The notes: a model not told the origin generated them from the sequence alone. Shown: positions 1-14,229, counted from the stretch's first letter. The stretch: 64,000 nucleotides of DNA from Octopus vulgaris (GCA_951406725.2 OX597816.1:102734001-102798000); one strand, 5' to 3'. Numbers and translations: made by a program.

Positions 1-261
1 CCCTTTCCTTCTTCCTTTTCTTTCTTCCTCTTCTTCTTCTTCTTCTTCTCCTCCTCCTCTTCCTCCTTCCCAACACGCCTATGTACTCTCCACTTCTCCA
101 TTGAATATTATAACACACACACACACACACTCACACACATACGCAAACACACACACAGAAACATATGTTGCAACATGGTGAGTCTTAAATATTACGAGCA
201 ATGGAAACCATCTCTATCAGAGATCAAGACAATAATAGCAACAACAACAACAACAATTATC

Positions 262-820
262 CTTTCTGTCATAGGCACAAGGTTAGAATATTTGGCGGGA
301 GAGGGGAGGAAGATAGTCGATTACATCGCCTCCCCCCCCCCCCCCCAATGTTCGATTGGCACTTATTTCATCGGCCCCAAAAGGGTGATAGGCGAAATCA
401 ACCTCGGCAGTGTTTGAACTCAGAACGCAAAGCCGAAAAATATGCAGTTACGCATGTTGTCCGGCGCTTTAACACTTCGTTTCTACTCTGAGCACAAGAC
501 CCGAAATTTTTGATGAGCAGGCTAGTCGATTAGATCGATCCCAGTATACAACTGGTACTTAATTTATCGATCCCGAAAGGATGAAAGGCATCAACAACAA
601 CAACCAATAATAATGGTTTCAAATTTTGGAACAAGGCCAGCAATTTCGGGGGAGTGGATGATTCGATTACATATTTAATCAATATATATTTCTTTATTGC
701 CCACAGGGGGCTAAACATAGAAGGGACAGACAAAGGGTGTATGTTGAAAGGTAAAGTCGACCTCGGCGGAATTTGAACTTAGAACGGCGCGCTAGCGATT
801 CTGCTAGCTCGCCGCCACCT
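262..820 (-). mobile_element. Cluster of tRNA-derived SINE 'family A' copies (degenerate/partial)
   Basis: Reverse complements of the family-A motifs (AAAGTCGACCTCGGCGGAATTTGAACT; GGTACTTAATTTATCGATCCCGAAAGGATGAAAGGC), interspersed with (CAA)n/(TAA)n. Confidence 0.75.
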
Positions 821-863
821 TAACGACGCCACCTTAACAATAATAACTTCAGTAATAGTTTAA

Positions 864-1085
864 CCCTTTAGTGTTCACATTATTCTGCCATAATTAATGC
901 TTCTTCATCCACATTGTTTTGAACTAATCATGCATTATCTTGTAGCTATGAGATTTTGATGAGGTAGCAGTTAATTTTTAAAATGATATTGTAGGGTTGG
1001 TGTGAGAGACCAGACCTGGCCAGTTTTGAACATAAAACAAGCAGAATACTTTTGGGCGGATATGGCCGGTTTAAATGCCAAAGGG
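864..1085. mobile_element. piggyBac-type MITE
   Basis: TTAA at 860-863 and 1086-1089 flank terminal inverted repeats CCCTTT...AAAGGG; non-coding interior. Confidence 0.75.
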
Positions 1086-1299
1086 TTAAAAAAACAAAAT
1101 CCCTTTTCCTCAATAAACAAAACAAGCAAGCATAAAAATATATAAATAAGTAATTGAACAAGCGAATGAATAATTAAAATAAATTTATTTGGTAAAGACT
1201 TGATCGTTCAGTTCCGAGCCAGTAAAGTACAATGAAACTACAGGCAAGGAAAACGAGCAAAAATATAGTTAGTAGTTTTTGTATTAAAGAAGTAGATCA

Positions 1300-1443
1300 T
1301 CGTAGCAGTATTTCGTCTGCCGCTACGTTATGGGTTCAAATTCTGCCTAGGTTGACTTTGCTTTTCATCATTTCGAGGGTAATTTTATAAACGACTATCC
1401 CCTCCCCGAAATTTCACGCCTTGTGTTCTAATAGAAAGGATTA

Positions 1444-1495
<52 letters not shown>
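1300..1495 (+). mobile_element. SINE family A copy with (ATT)n tail
   Basis: GTATTTCGTCTGCCGCTACGTT...GGTTCAAATTC (B-box-like)...GACTTTGCTTTTCATC, followed by (TTA)n. Confidence 0.75.
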
Positions 1496-1496
<1 letters not shown>

Positions 1497-1691
1497 TGTA
1501 CACACACACACAATATGTGCGTATATCAGTATGTGTGTGTATGTGAGCGCGCAGTTGTCATTTTAGATCAGGACCCACGCATTTGAGGATTGCATGTTTA
1601 ATTCTTCACGAGAAACTGCTATGCATCTTTTATGCATATGTTCAAATATAAGCAAAAAGGCGCACGCACATACACCATACATATATATACG

Positions 1692-1746
<55 letters not shown>

Positions 1747-2259
1747 AAGAGAGAGAGGTAAGTTTGTGTGTGTGTGTGTGTGTGTATGTGTGTGTGTTTC
1801 AAGCCGAGTGACTCTTCTCTTTACCTGTAACTTACTTTGGAAGCTCAGATGTACAGACCCTTATTTTCCCGAACGTACCCTGTACCTTCGACCTCATAGT
1901 CAGTAGGTGTACGGGCTAAAACGCTAAGAGATGCGGCGTTTACTAAAGATCTCATTGCGTGACAGGCCTAGTTATACTGCTATAAGAAAACCGTTCCTTA
2001 CATGATACACTTCATTAACGGAGTGAAGACGACAGTCAGGACATCCCAAATCACAAACCACAATGCAATAAACTACCCACGAGCTTAACCATCCGTAACG
2101 ACACGATGTTAACGCTGGCAATAGCGGATGAGAATATCTGTTCGAAGGTGAGTGCGTTCGCGACCAGCTGGCCTGTTCATTAGGACCCTATTTCTTTCGT
2201 TTTGCACTTTCAGATTTTTGTGACACATGTTGTCATCTTGTGAATCCCCTGAAGCCCAA

Positions 2260-2322
<63 letters not shown>

Positions 2323-2324
2323 TT

Positions 2325-2770
2325 CCGTTCTTCTGTTTGTTTCAGCCATCTGACTGCGGCCATGCTGGAGCACCGCGTTTCAGTCGAACAAATCGACTCC
2401 AGGGCTTATTCTTTTTAAGCCTACTACTTATTCCATCGGTGTCTTTGCCGAACCGCTAAGTTACGGGGACGTAAACACCAACATCGGTTCTCAAGCGATG
2501 GTAGGGAACAAACAGTGACACACACACACACACACACACAGAGACGCATATATATAAAGTTAATTCAAACATGAAAACACCATGAGAAAACACAACAACG
2601 CGAGGACGTGGAACAAATATATATACAAACGAGCTTCTTTCACTTTCCATCTACAAAATCCACGGGCCGAGGCTATAGTAGAAGACACTTGCCCAAGGTG
2701 CAACGCAGTGGGACTGAACACGGAACCATGTGGTTGGGAAGCAAGTTACTTACCACACAGCCACTCCTGT
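2325..2770 (-). mobile_element. tRNA-derived SINE 'family B' (CORE-SINE-like) with internal microsatellite
   Basis: Minus strand reads GGAGTGGCTGTGTGGTAAGT...GGTTCCGTGTTCAGTCCCACTGCG...CTTGGGCAAGTGTCTTCT, then internal (GT)n, then 3' GGTGCTCCAGCATGGCCGCAGTC...CTGAAAC. Many copies in this window. Confidence 0.8.
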
Positions 2771-2779
2771 GTCATATAC

Positions 2780-2877
2780 TTTCCATCTGCAACTGATATA
2801 TTTCTGCCTTTTGTAACATAAAACGTCCTCACAAGAATAACCGCGGTTTCCAGGCTTTCTACACTGTACCTGAGTAC
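2780..2877 (-). CDS. Speculative exon, Cys-containing (xTQVQCRKPGNRGYSCEDVLCYKRQKYISCRWK)
   Basis: Non-repetitive island bounded by CAG| and |GTATAT with an open frame; weak resemblance to a C-type lectin C-terminus. Poor polypyrimidine tract. Confidence 0.15.
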
Positions 2878-2941
2878 CTGCGTTATGTATGATATACAGA
2901 ATTCTATTCTGCACAAATGTGCATGTATATATATATGTATA

Positions 2942-3011
<70 letters not shown>

Positions 3012-3174
3012 CGTGTGTATACAAAATTAAGTAAATGACACAATAACAGGATTTTATACAATGAATTTCATTATCTTCTAGAAGCTCTGAGGAAGTTATA
3101 AGGTGATTCACAAGCACTCGGCTCTGTGTGCACCGCTTTTTGAAGCAGAAACAGATTTTCTTTAATTCTTTAAT

Positions 3175-3365
3175 TCGTTTATTTGTTTCAGTCATTTGAT
3201 TGCGGCCATGCTGGAGCACCGCCTTTAGTCGAACAAACAGACCGTAAGACTTATTCTTTGTAAGCCTAGTACTTAATCTATCGGTCCTTTTTAACGAGCC
3301 GCTAGGTAAACTCTCCTACATTGGTTGTCAAGCGATGGTAGGGGGACAAACACACACACACACAC

Positions 3366-3407
<42 letters not shown>

Positions 3408-3590
3408 ACACACACGACGGGTTTCTTTCATTTTCTGTCTACGAAATCCACTCACAAGGCTTTTGTCAGCCCGACGCTGTGGTAGAAGATACCTGCCCAT
3501 AAAGAAAGTGATATTTATCCAAGTGGGATTGAACCCAGAGTTTCATGATTGCAAAGCAAACTTTTTAACCATTCGGAGCCCACCCCCTAC
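3175..3590 (-). mobile_element. SINE family B copy
   Basis: TTTCAGTCATTTGATTGCGGCCATGCTGGAGCACCGCC...CTACGAAATCCACTCACAAGGC...GGGATTGAACCC on the + strand; internal (CA)/(TA). Confidence 0.8.
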
Positions 3591-3689
3591 GTGGACAGAC
3601 AGATAGGCAGACAGACACACACACACACGAGCGTGCAGGTGTTGTAATTTATTTATGCATATATCCATAAATATGTTTGTGCTTATGTG

Positions 3690-3749
3690 AAATTCTATGT
3701 ATGTATATGTGTTTGTATGTATGTATGTATGTATATATATGTGTGCATA

Positions 3750-3824
<75 letters not shown>

Positions 3825-4428
3825 GTATATGTATATATATATACACACATATACATGCATACATACATATATATACACACATATACATGCATACATACAT
3901 ATATATATATATATATATAAATATATATACACACACATACACATATTCAATGAAACATAAATGATATATATCAAAATTTAATATATATTTATATTATATT
4001 TTAATTATCTGTCTATCTATTTTTATATATATATGTATATATATATGTATATATACATATATGTATATATATATGTATATATATATATTTATGTATATAT
4101 ATATGTATATATATATGTATATATATACGTATATATATATGTATATATATATGTATATATATATATGTATATATATATATATGTATATATATATGTATAT
4201 ATACACATATATATATATACATATATATATATATACATATATATATATACATACATATATATACATATATATATACATATATATATATACATATATATAT
4301 ATATACATATATATATATTCATATCCATACACATAAATACATACATGTATAGGATAAAATATATATGAAGTATTTACATATCAAAATTTAGTATAATTTA
4401 ACATTAAAATATATATTTATAGCATACT

Positions 4429-4496
<68 letters not shown>

Positions 4497-4551
4497 ACAT
4501 GCATACATGTATATAAATGTGTGTATATATATATATAAAATACATGTGCTC

Positions 4552-4584
<33 letters not shown>

Positions 4585-5128
4585 GTGTACATAAACAAAC
4601 ATACACACACAAGGACATATACGCACAGGCTCATATGCACGCATACACATACACACGCACACTCACTCCTCTCATAAGAGCCTTCTTACATCGAAGAATT
4701 CTTTCGCCTAAGTTTATGCATGTTACATTGAAGTCACAAGTGTTCTGCATTTTCTTCTTACCCAATGCTTTTCCCATTTCCCGTTACTCCTTCATTTTTA
4801 CTAGTTAGGAACATTGATATTTCCTTGACTATTAGCCTTTCTACACTTCCAGGTTCACTTCTGAATGAAATGCGAATGATAATGACAAAGTCATCATCAC
4901 ATGATTTAGACGTTGTTTAATTGCTAACCCTGCATTACTTTTATAATGTATTACTCGTTAAAGGTGTTTATAATAGTTTATTGATCTTTGGCTTGCATTT
5001 TATAATCATGGGTGATACCATAGTTTAAATTCTAAACACAAACACACACATCTGCATAAAGAGTTATAAAAGTATGTGTAGATACTTATGTATATACATA
5101 CATACGTACACACACACACATATATATA

Positions 5129-5176
<48 letters not shown>

Positions 5177-5189
5177 CATATATATATAC

Positions 5190-5241
<52 letters not shown>

Positions 5242-5259
5242 GTAAATATACATATGTAA

Positions 5260-5292
<33 letters not shown>

Positions 5293-5349
5293 TACATATG
5301 TAAATATACTTATATATATGTATATATATATATATATATACATATGTAA

Positions 5350-5427
<78 letters not shown>

Positions 5428-5458
5428 GTAAATATATATATATATATATATATATATC

Positions 5459-5505
<47 letters not shown>

Positions 5506-5560
5506 TATACATATATATACATACACACAGACATACATATGTGTATATATGATTATGTAT
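3690..5560. repeat. Compound microsatellite field (TA/TATG/CA/TCTA)
   Basis: Directly visible; includes (TCTA)n at 4432-4495. Confidence 0.95.
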
Positions 5561-5576
5561 AGCATATGTATATTTA

Positions 5577-5959
5577 TCTCTCTCTATATAAACGGCAGTT
5601 TGTCTGTGCGTGTTTCTGTGTGTCTGTTTTCTTGTACCCTCACCCTGACCACGGCTTTCAACCGATTCTGATGAAACTTGACACACACATAGCCCAATGT
5701 CATAATTCAAAACTAACGCAGCGAACATTTTGAAAAGTTCCCCCAGTTCTGAAAAAAATCGATAAATTCGACATGGGGTCGAGAATCAGAAACACAAACC
5801 GCAAACTGTCTAGGGGACGCAACTCCACCTTTTTTAACTAAAAAAAAAAATTACCATCATTTTTTTCCATCTTTTTGCTATTTTTTGGCTATAACTCTCT
5901 AAAAATGCTTTATAGTTATTTCCCTTACAAACCTGAGCAACGCCGGGCGATACTGCTAG
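5577..5959 (+). mobile_element. Non-autonomous Helitron
   Basis: Starts with TC after A5576 and ends with CTAG (5956-5959) before T5960; subterminal GC hairpin CCTGAGCAACGCCGGG about 10 nt from the end; no TSD. Confidence 0.8.
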
Positions 5960-6025
5960 TATTAATATATGCACAGATTTATTTACATGCAAATTATATT
6001 CAGATACTCATTGACACACAACCGC

Positions 6026-6056
<31 letters not shown>

Positions 6057-6097
6057 TGTATGTATGTATGTATATATGTATGTATGTATGTATGTAT

Positions 6098-6131
<34 letters not shown>

Positions 6132-6148
6132 TGTATGTATGTATGTAT

Positions 6149-6182
<34 letters not shown>

Positions 6183-6957
6183 TGTATTATATATGTATGT
6201 ATTATATATGTATGTATTATATATGTATGTATGTATGTATGTATTATGTACGTAAATTTATTTATACATGCATATGTATTTGAGTGCACACACGTGTATG
6301 TATTTTTGTGCGTGTATGTGCAAGCATCTGTGTATATATGCATGTGTGTACATGTGCATGTGTCTGTGTGTGATTCCACATTCTCAAAATGACACCATCC
6401 ATTATCTTTCAGCAATTTTTCTCTTTTCTTCTCTCTTTACTCTATCTCATTCCCATTTGTTCGTTTTTCGCTCCACTTATTCCTACAGAAACCCAGACAG
6501 AGAAGTTGACACCCACAGCGCTGTACCTTAAGGTACCCGACTAAATAAAATAGTTACATCGACCCAAGCACACGCGCGCGCAAACATATGCAAGCTCTCT
6601 GCCTTTCTTTCTCTCTCACACGCACGCACACACACACAAATATTCACATACATACATACACTCACACACACACACACACACATACGCACACACACACACG
6701 CTCGCATATACACACACCTGTATAAGTATATGCCAAGCCACGCCTCCACAATTCCCATTCATACAATCAGATGTAACCTCTTACACTCATAAAGTGAAGA
6801 TTACATACATACATACGTGCGTACGTGTGTATGATTGTGTGTGTGTGTATGTCTATGTGTATATATATATATATATGTGTGTGTGTATAAATATATATAC
6901 ATTCATATATATATATATATATATGTGTGCGTGTGTATCTATATATATGTATGTGTG

Positions 6958-7054
<97 letters not shown>

Positions 7055-7105
7055 GTATAATGAAAGAGGAAGCGCTGGGCTGGAAGAGTTGCACACACAA
7101 AGTAA

Positions 7106-7178
7106 CCGGTACTATCACGTGACTCCTGGCACACTGGCACTATCACGTGACATCAAACATGCCGGTACTATCACGTGA
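7106..7178. repeat. Three 28-bp-periodic repeats each containing TCACGTGA
   Basis: CYGGYACTATCACGTGA at 7106, 7134 and 7162. Confidence 0.85.
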
Positions 7179-7507
7179 TCCCGTTCAGGCAGTTCCCGCT
7201 CTGTTCTTGCTATAATTAACATATGTAATTATTTTGTTTTTAAGCGGGCTACATACCTCACCACAACATATCAATGGAAGCCATATCTTTGCTTGAATCT
7301 TTTTGTCTATCTCTCTCATATCTCTATATCTGTCTGTCACCATTGTTTCTCTTTCTCTCTGTCTCTGTCTGCCTGTCTGTCTGTCTCTCGCTCTTTCTCC
7401 ATCTGTGGGTGTTTGTGTGTTCGTGTGCGATTGTATGCGCGTACGGGAGAAACAAAATGCGCGCGCATAGATACATACACATACACGCACACACACACAC
7501 ACATATG

Positions 7508-7554
<47 letters not shown>

Positions 7555-7556
7555 GT

Positions 7557-7701
7557 GTGTGTGGTAAGTAGCTTGCTAACCAACCACATGGTTCGGGGTT
7601 CAGTCCCACTGCGTGGCATCTTGGGCAAGTGTCTTCTGCTATAGCCCCGGGCCGACCAATGCCTTGTGAGTGGATTTGGTAGACGGAAACTGAAAGAAGC
7701 C

Positions 7702-7764
<63 letters not shown>

Positions 7765-8195
7765 TTTAAAAATTTTTTTAAATTGAGGGAGATAAATTAA
7801 TATTAATTTTAATATCAATTTAAAACCAGTAGTCCAGCATTCAAAAAATCTGAGGAGTCAGAGAAAATTCAAATATATGTGTATATTGGCAGGGCTGGCC
7901 TGCTAGGTAGCCGGCCAGAATACTAGAAGAAGATCATCAACGATCAAACTACAAGGGAAATTCTCTAGAGGAAGAATTCAGCGAACACCAGAACCAACTT
8001 TGGCGGGCAGGACATATGAAAAATTAAATAAATAACAGACTTAAATGCATACCTCGGTTTCGGTCTTAACAAAAGAATTACTTGCATAATTCAAGTGTCC
8101 GTGACTTCTTCAGTACATTCGGTCCTCGTGATGCAAACTGAAAGACTAACCCCAAGTAGTATTCTGGCCGGCTACCTAGGAGGCCAGCCCTGCCA

Positions 8196-8267
<72 letters not shown>

Positions 8268-8492
8268 ATGTTTGTGTGTCTGTGTTTGTTCCCTAGTATT
8301 GCTTGACAACCGATGCTGGTGTGTTTACGTCCCCCGTCACTTAGCAGTTCGGCAAAAAGAGACCGATAGAATATGTACTGGGCTTACAAAAAGAATAAGT
8401 CCCGGGGTTGAGTTGCTCGACTAAAGGCGGTGCTCCAGCATGGCCGCAGTCAAATGACTGAAACAAGTAAAAGAGTAAAAAAGAGTAAAGAG
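7557..8492 (+). mobile_element. SINE family B, full length, interrupted in its internal (TA)n by an insertion (7761-8209)
   Basis: 5' half 7557-7708 (tRNA-like head, CTTGGGCAAGTGTCTTCT); 3' half about 8245-8492 ending GACTGAAACAAGTAAAAGAG. Confidence 0.85.
8044..8119 (-). ncRNA. Type I hammerhead ribozyme-like motif
   Basis: Minus strand: AATGTA-CTGAAGA-aGTC...GACc-GAAA-CCgaGG-TA-TGCATT. 6-bp stem I (one G-U), intact core, short stem III, GUA cleavage triplet. Confidence 0.6.
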
Positions 8493-8829
8493 TATATATG
8501 TGTGTGTGTGTGTATGTGTAAAGTTAAGACCTAAGGGTCAAGGTGTGGGGAGTTAGTAAGCTTCGAGCAGTCCGTAAAAGGTATACAGAAATAACTTTCA
8601 GGAACAATAGTGTAGTCTTTGGCCCGACGAGTAGCTAGCGGATTACCCCTTGTTTGGGTAAGTACTTCCGAGGTTCTGCTAGCCTGGATTTTATCTACTA
8701 GTTTGTATATGTGTGTGTTTGTCTATATATTTGTACATATACGCATGCACATATGTATGTATATATGAATAACACCTTTTGTATTGAACGGTATGGGTTT
8801 TTGTGACCAAGAAATTGACTGTTATTATT

Positions 8830-9075
8830 ATTTTGCCCCGAAGTCGACTTTGCATTTCATCCTTACGAGGTCAAAAGAATTGGTACCAGTTGAGCAATGG
8901 TGTCGATGTAGTCGAGTTGTCCCTTTTCCTGGAATTGATGGCCTTGTGCCAAAAATTCGAAACCATTATTATTAATATTAAACGCCGAGGTTGACGTCGC
9001 CTTTCATCAGTTCGAAGCCAATGAAACTATTTCCCGCCAAATTTCTGGCTATGTACCTATAATAGAAAGAATTAT
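8830..9075 (+). mobile_element. Two truncated SINE family A copies
   Basis: CCGAAGTCGACTTTGCATTTCATCC and GCCGAGGTTGACGTCGCCTTTCATC cores, each with a tail. Confidence 0.65.
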
Positions 9076-9084
9076 TATGGGCTG

Positions 9085-9440
9085 GAAGAGGGTGGCAAGA
9101 CTGGTGAGGCTGAATCAATCTACACTGAGTTTGCTTTTCTAAGAAAGAAGAAGGAAGCTTGAAGATGGCATTTCCCATGCTTTTGTGGATGACAAAGTAA
9201 TCCGGGATATTTTGTGTGTGGTTTTCCTGGAATTACCCAAGTAGCCTACTTCACTATTGAGGATTCTATTTATTAGTTATTTATTTTTCTAAATTCTATT
9301 TTTATATCTTTTTGTTATATCTTTATTGTTGTACTGTCTCCCTTTGATCGATGTAAACCCCGCTTATTTTTGTGTTGTTTCTCGTCCTTTGATATTGCTC
9401 TCAGTGTCTTTGGCCCTTATGGTCAATAAAGGAAATCATC
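9085..9440 (+). mobile_element. Tx1/L1-like LINE 3' end fragment followed by (TCA)n
   Basis: Resembles the 3' UTR of the element at 28045-29048; ends CCCTTATGGTCAATAAAGGAAATCATC. Confidence 0.5.
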
Positions 9441-9499
9441 ACCATCATCGTTGTCATCATCATCATCTTCATCATCATCATCATCATCAACATCATCAT

Positions 9500-10240
9500 C
9501 ATTAATGAGTGAGAGAGAGAGCTGTACACACCATCAAAGTGACGCTGGGTACAAATATACGAAGCCCAGTATACACATCATGACAAAGCGTTTGGCACAT
9601 GCATCACAGCCATATGTGCGCGGCATGCTGATCTCATATCAGGATAAACATCGCATGAGGTTGCAGGTAGGGACCGGTTAGAATTTTCTTCAGATCGAGT
9701 AGCCCATCCGCTCAAAAGGTTCCTGAATAAGGGTTGCATTACTGTATTCATTTTGAGATGCTCTGTGTTTCTTTCAATTAATTTTAAATATAACAAAGAA
9801 TTTAGTAAAATAACTTAGTTATCATTCAGCTAGAGTTAGGAACATAAATTGTGACTAAGGTTTGACGGAAGATTTTAATTCAAAACTTATGAAAACAAGA
9901 CATTTGTACTCAGAGCCAGAACTGGTTTCAGCCGGGTTGGTAACGAAAAGGTTAAAGATGATGAATGAAACACCCATGTTTCCAGGGTGAATTATTCAAA
10001 GCCCAAAGAATTCCTCTCAGCATATGGCTATGACGCTCCCCCGCAACTTCTGCTTATGAGCAGAGGTACACATATTGTCAGTCACCGAGGGACATATTCA
10101 ACAGGTTAAGGTCAAACAACTGATAAGCAAATCTACGGTGTTGAGCAGAATATTTGCTGTAGTTCATTTCTTATATCCAAGACAAAACATGTACATGTTA
10201 ACTCTTCCAATCAGTTAAGATCCGATGCCACAGCGATGGG
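9500..10240. mobile_element. Unclassified interspersed repeat with an AT-rich MITE-like insert (~9737-9955, ending AAAGGTTAA)
   Basis: Abrupt composition change and one TTAA-type terminus; no left TIR seen. Confidence 0.3.
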
Positions 10241-10254
10241 AGTCATTGATTAGT

Positions 10255-10897
10255 TTCGCATCAGATGCCAGGCAAAATGCTAAGCAGCATTTCGTCTGTC
10301 TTTACGCTCTGATTTCAAACTCAACCGAGGTCGACTTTGCCTTTCATCCTTTCCGCGTCGATAAATTATGTACCAGTCAATCTCTAGGGTCCATATGGTC
10401 GACTATGCTCTCTCCAATTCCAGGCCTTGTGCTTATTGTGGAAAGGATCATCATCATCATCCTCATCATCATCATCATGGTTAGATAAACCAGTATGCTA
10501 TTGATACAACTTTACTGATACGTTAGCACGCCGGACGAAATGCTTAGCGGTATTTCGTCTGCCGCTACGTTCTCAGTTCAAATTCCGCCGAGGTCGACTT
10601 TGCCTTTCATCCTTTCGGGGTCGATTAAATAAGTACCAGTTACGCACTGGGGTCGATATAATCGACTTACTCCGTTTATTTTTCCTTGATTGTCCCCTCT
10701 GTGTTTAGCCCCTTGTGGGTAGTAAAGAAATAGGTATTTCTTCTGTCTTTATGTTCTGAGTTCAAATTCCGCCGCAGTTGACTTTGCCTTTCATCCTTTC
10801 GGGGTCGATAAATTAAGTACCAGTTGCGTACTGGGGTCGATCTAATCGACTGGCCTTTTTCCCCAAAATTTCGATCCTTGTGCCTAGAGTAGAAAAT
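10255..10897 (+). mobile_element. SINE family A monomer (10255-10445) plus dimeric copy (10520-10897)
   Basis: The core GAGTTCAAATTCCGCCGAGGTCGACTTTGCCTTTCATCCTTTCGGGGTCGAT occurs twice in the dimer, separated by TTGTCCCCTCTGTGTTTAGCCCCTTGTGGGTAGTAAAGAAATA. Confidence 0.85.
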
Positions 10898-10977
10898 ATA
10901 ATTTATGCCTTGCAGTGGACTAAAGCAACTGTAATGTTTATTGACAAATTTGTGACCGAGAGTCGATCTCAGAAATT

Positions 10978-11220
<243 letters not shown>

Positions 11221-11373
11221 GCATAAGCAACATTGTAACGCAATGCAGTTGCAGAAACATCAGCGGAGACAACTTAAGATAATATACTGCTGTTTGAAGC
11301 ATTCACCTAGTCGCAAATTACTAGAATAAAGCCACAGTAGCGAGTCGATGTCAACGGTGGCAAATACTGTCAT

Positions 11374-11420
<47 letters not shown>

Positions 11421-12681
11421 GATACATATACACTCACTCACGCTGAATTATATACATACTTTGATATACATATGTACACAAACATGCACACTCACACACA
11501 CAAACATTAATATAAAAGACGTTGGTACAACAATATACAAAGGCATATACCTACATAATCTACGTACACATACACGCACATATGCGTATACACATATTCA
11601 TACGTAAACAACACAAACATGCGCAGTGTGGCAATGTTTCTTACACGAACAGGCGCGATGAGGATTTCAGTTTTGAGATTGAAATGAAGCAAACATTTCA
11701 TACACCAATCCATTCACAAGGCTTTGATCTGCCTGGGATTACAATTAAAAAAAAACACTGGCCCAAGGGGCTGCGCATTGGAGCTGGACCCTATATAATA
11801 TGGTTGGGAAGCAAACTTCTCAACGTCACAACTCTCTGTCTTTAACAACCAGTAGTTTGGAGATATCCGGGTAATATGTATATATACCTACTAGCATATA
11901 TATACATATCACTCGCTTAAACGAAATGACGGGTCAGATATAAGCTGAGGTTCATCCATTAAAAATAAGCATACATATTTAATACAGCGTTTTGCTGAAC
12001 ATGGACTCATATTTCTGGCAAAATTGTGTATATAAACTCAGATATTCACACCGTGACTTCATCAACAGGTGATTAATATACGAGCGTTACTGGTATTATA
12101 TACGCAAGCATTATCACCCTATTTTTAAATCGCCAGAATGTGCTAAGATTTGCTAAAGATCCGCGGAAACACAATTAGCTGATGAATTGGTAATACATAA
12201 TTTCATATACATGGTGTCCCTTAATACGAGGGAGATAACTATTTCTTCATAATATTTGGAAGGATTGGAAGTTTGAATTTGAAGTTAATGTATAAGGAAA
12301 AAGATGTGCAGAATACATACATTTACTTTTTTGCTCTATTACTGTGAAGTTCTTAAAATTTCTAGTCAGTTGTAATCATATATAGCACTATTTCATTCTT
12401 TTTAGGAATCCTCAGCATGACATAAACCGAGGTTCTTCTGTTAGTACCATGTATCCATATGAAAAGCACACATTTAATTATACAACTTAATTATAATGTG
12501 TGGACCTTGACTTTTTAGCCGAGTCAAACTAATTTTAAATATTCATATGAGATTGGTTTGAAATTTCATGCTATGTTTTATTGCTGAATACTTGTACAAA
12601 AATATATTTATACCAATATGTATAAGAGAGAAAGCATGTATGTATGTATGTATGTATGCATGCAAGTACATCTCTGTGTGA

Positions 12682-12762
<81 letters not shown>

Positions 12763-12899
12763 GTTTATTCTTAAACTAGGATGTTGTTAACAGTAACTTC
12801 AAAGTTTCGGCCAGTTAAGCCATAATCGGATCGTATATATTTATTTGTATACCTATAAGTATACATATTCATATATATGTAAACACATATTGCATATAC

Positions 12900-12972
<73 letters not shown>

Positions 12973-13044
12973 TCTATACATTCATTAATAAATTGTTATA
13001 GTATGAAACAATTGTACTAAATTACCGATCCATTCTTGTTTTTG

Positions 13045-13085
<41 letters not shown>

Positions 13086-13114
13086 GCCCACAGATGCTTG
13101 TACATATTCTATTA

Positions 13115-13495
13115 TTCTTTCTTTTATTTGTTTCAGTCATTTGACTGCGGCCATGCTAGAGCACCACCGTTAGTCGAACAAATCGACCCCAAGACTTGTT
13201 CTTTGTAAGCCTAGTACTTCTTCTATTGGTCTCTTTTGCCGAACCGGTATATTACGGGGACATAGACACGCCACCATCGGTTGTCAAGCGATGGTGGGTG
13301 AGAAACACAGACACAAAAACACACACACATACATACATACAAGTATAAATATACATACAAACATACATACATACATACATGCACACACACACATACACAC
13401 ACACACACATACATATATACTTTCATTTTCCGTCTACCAAATCCACCCACAAGGCTTTGGTTGGCTCGAGGCTATAGTAGAAGACACTTGCCAAG
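13115..13495 (-). mobile_element. SINE family B, 5'-truncated
   Basis: Same motifs as 2325-2770; cut at GACACTTGCCAAGG. Confidence 0.8.
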
Positions 13496-13901
13496 GACAT
13501 ATCGGATGTGAGTTAATGAAAACATTAAAAAATATTTCCCTTTTTCTAAACTAGGCTAAATTTTCTATTTCAAAATACAGGAAGTAGAGATTGCAATTGC
13601 CAAAAAATGTTTTTTAACCGTCTAGGTTTCTCCTATTGTTTTAAGTGCGGAGTGTCAAAAACACCAGCCAAAATCAGTACTGAGTAGTGGACGGGACTTT
13701 GAAAAAACATTCACAAATTTTCGAAAATTTTGTTTCTATAAAATGTTCCCCCAGCCATAATCATTTCATGTGGTGAAACAAAATTCGAAAAAAAATCCAT
13801 CAAAACGGAGAAAATCCAACTTATGTGGGTATGATATTCTGAAAGCGCACCAAGCCATTGTATTGTAAAAACGACCCGGCAACGACGGGTTACACAGCAA
13901 G
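13496..13901 (+). mobile_element. Helitron 3' fragment
   Basis: Hairpin ACCCGGCAACGACGGGT (13873-13890), then CAAG|T (decayed CTAG); same hairpin type as at 5931 and 17778. Confidence 0.6.
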
Positions 13902-13997
13902 TATATGTATACATACATACATACATACATCCATACATACATACATACATACATACATACATACATACATACATACTTACATCCAACCATACATCCG

Positions 13998-14047
<50 letters not shown>

Positions 14048-14100
14048 AGGTATGTAGAAAAATACAACATGGACAAGAACGTATAACTCTTAGAAGACGA

Positions 14101-14133
<33 letters not shown>

Positions 14134-14154
14134 TAGATATACACACGTATTTAT

Positions 14155-14223
<69 letters not shown>

Positions 14224-14229
14224 TATATG

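Noticed and set aside
7106-7178. CRISPR-like repeat-spacer pattern
   Set aside because: Only three 17-bp units with 11-bp spacers, in a eukaryotic context, with no cas genes.
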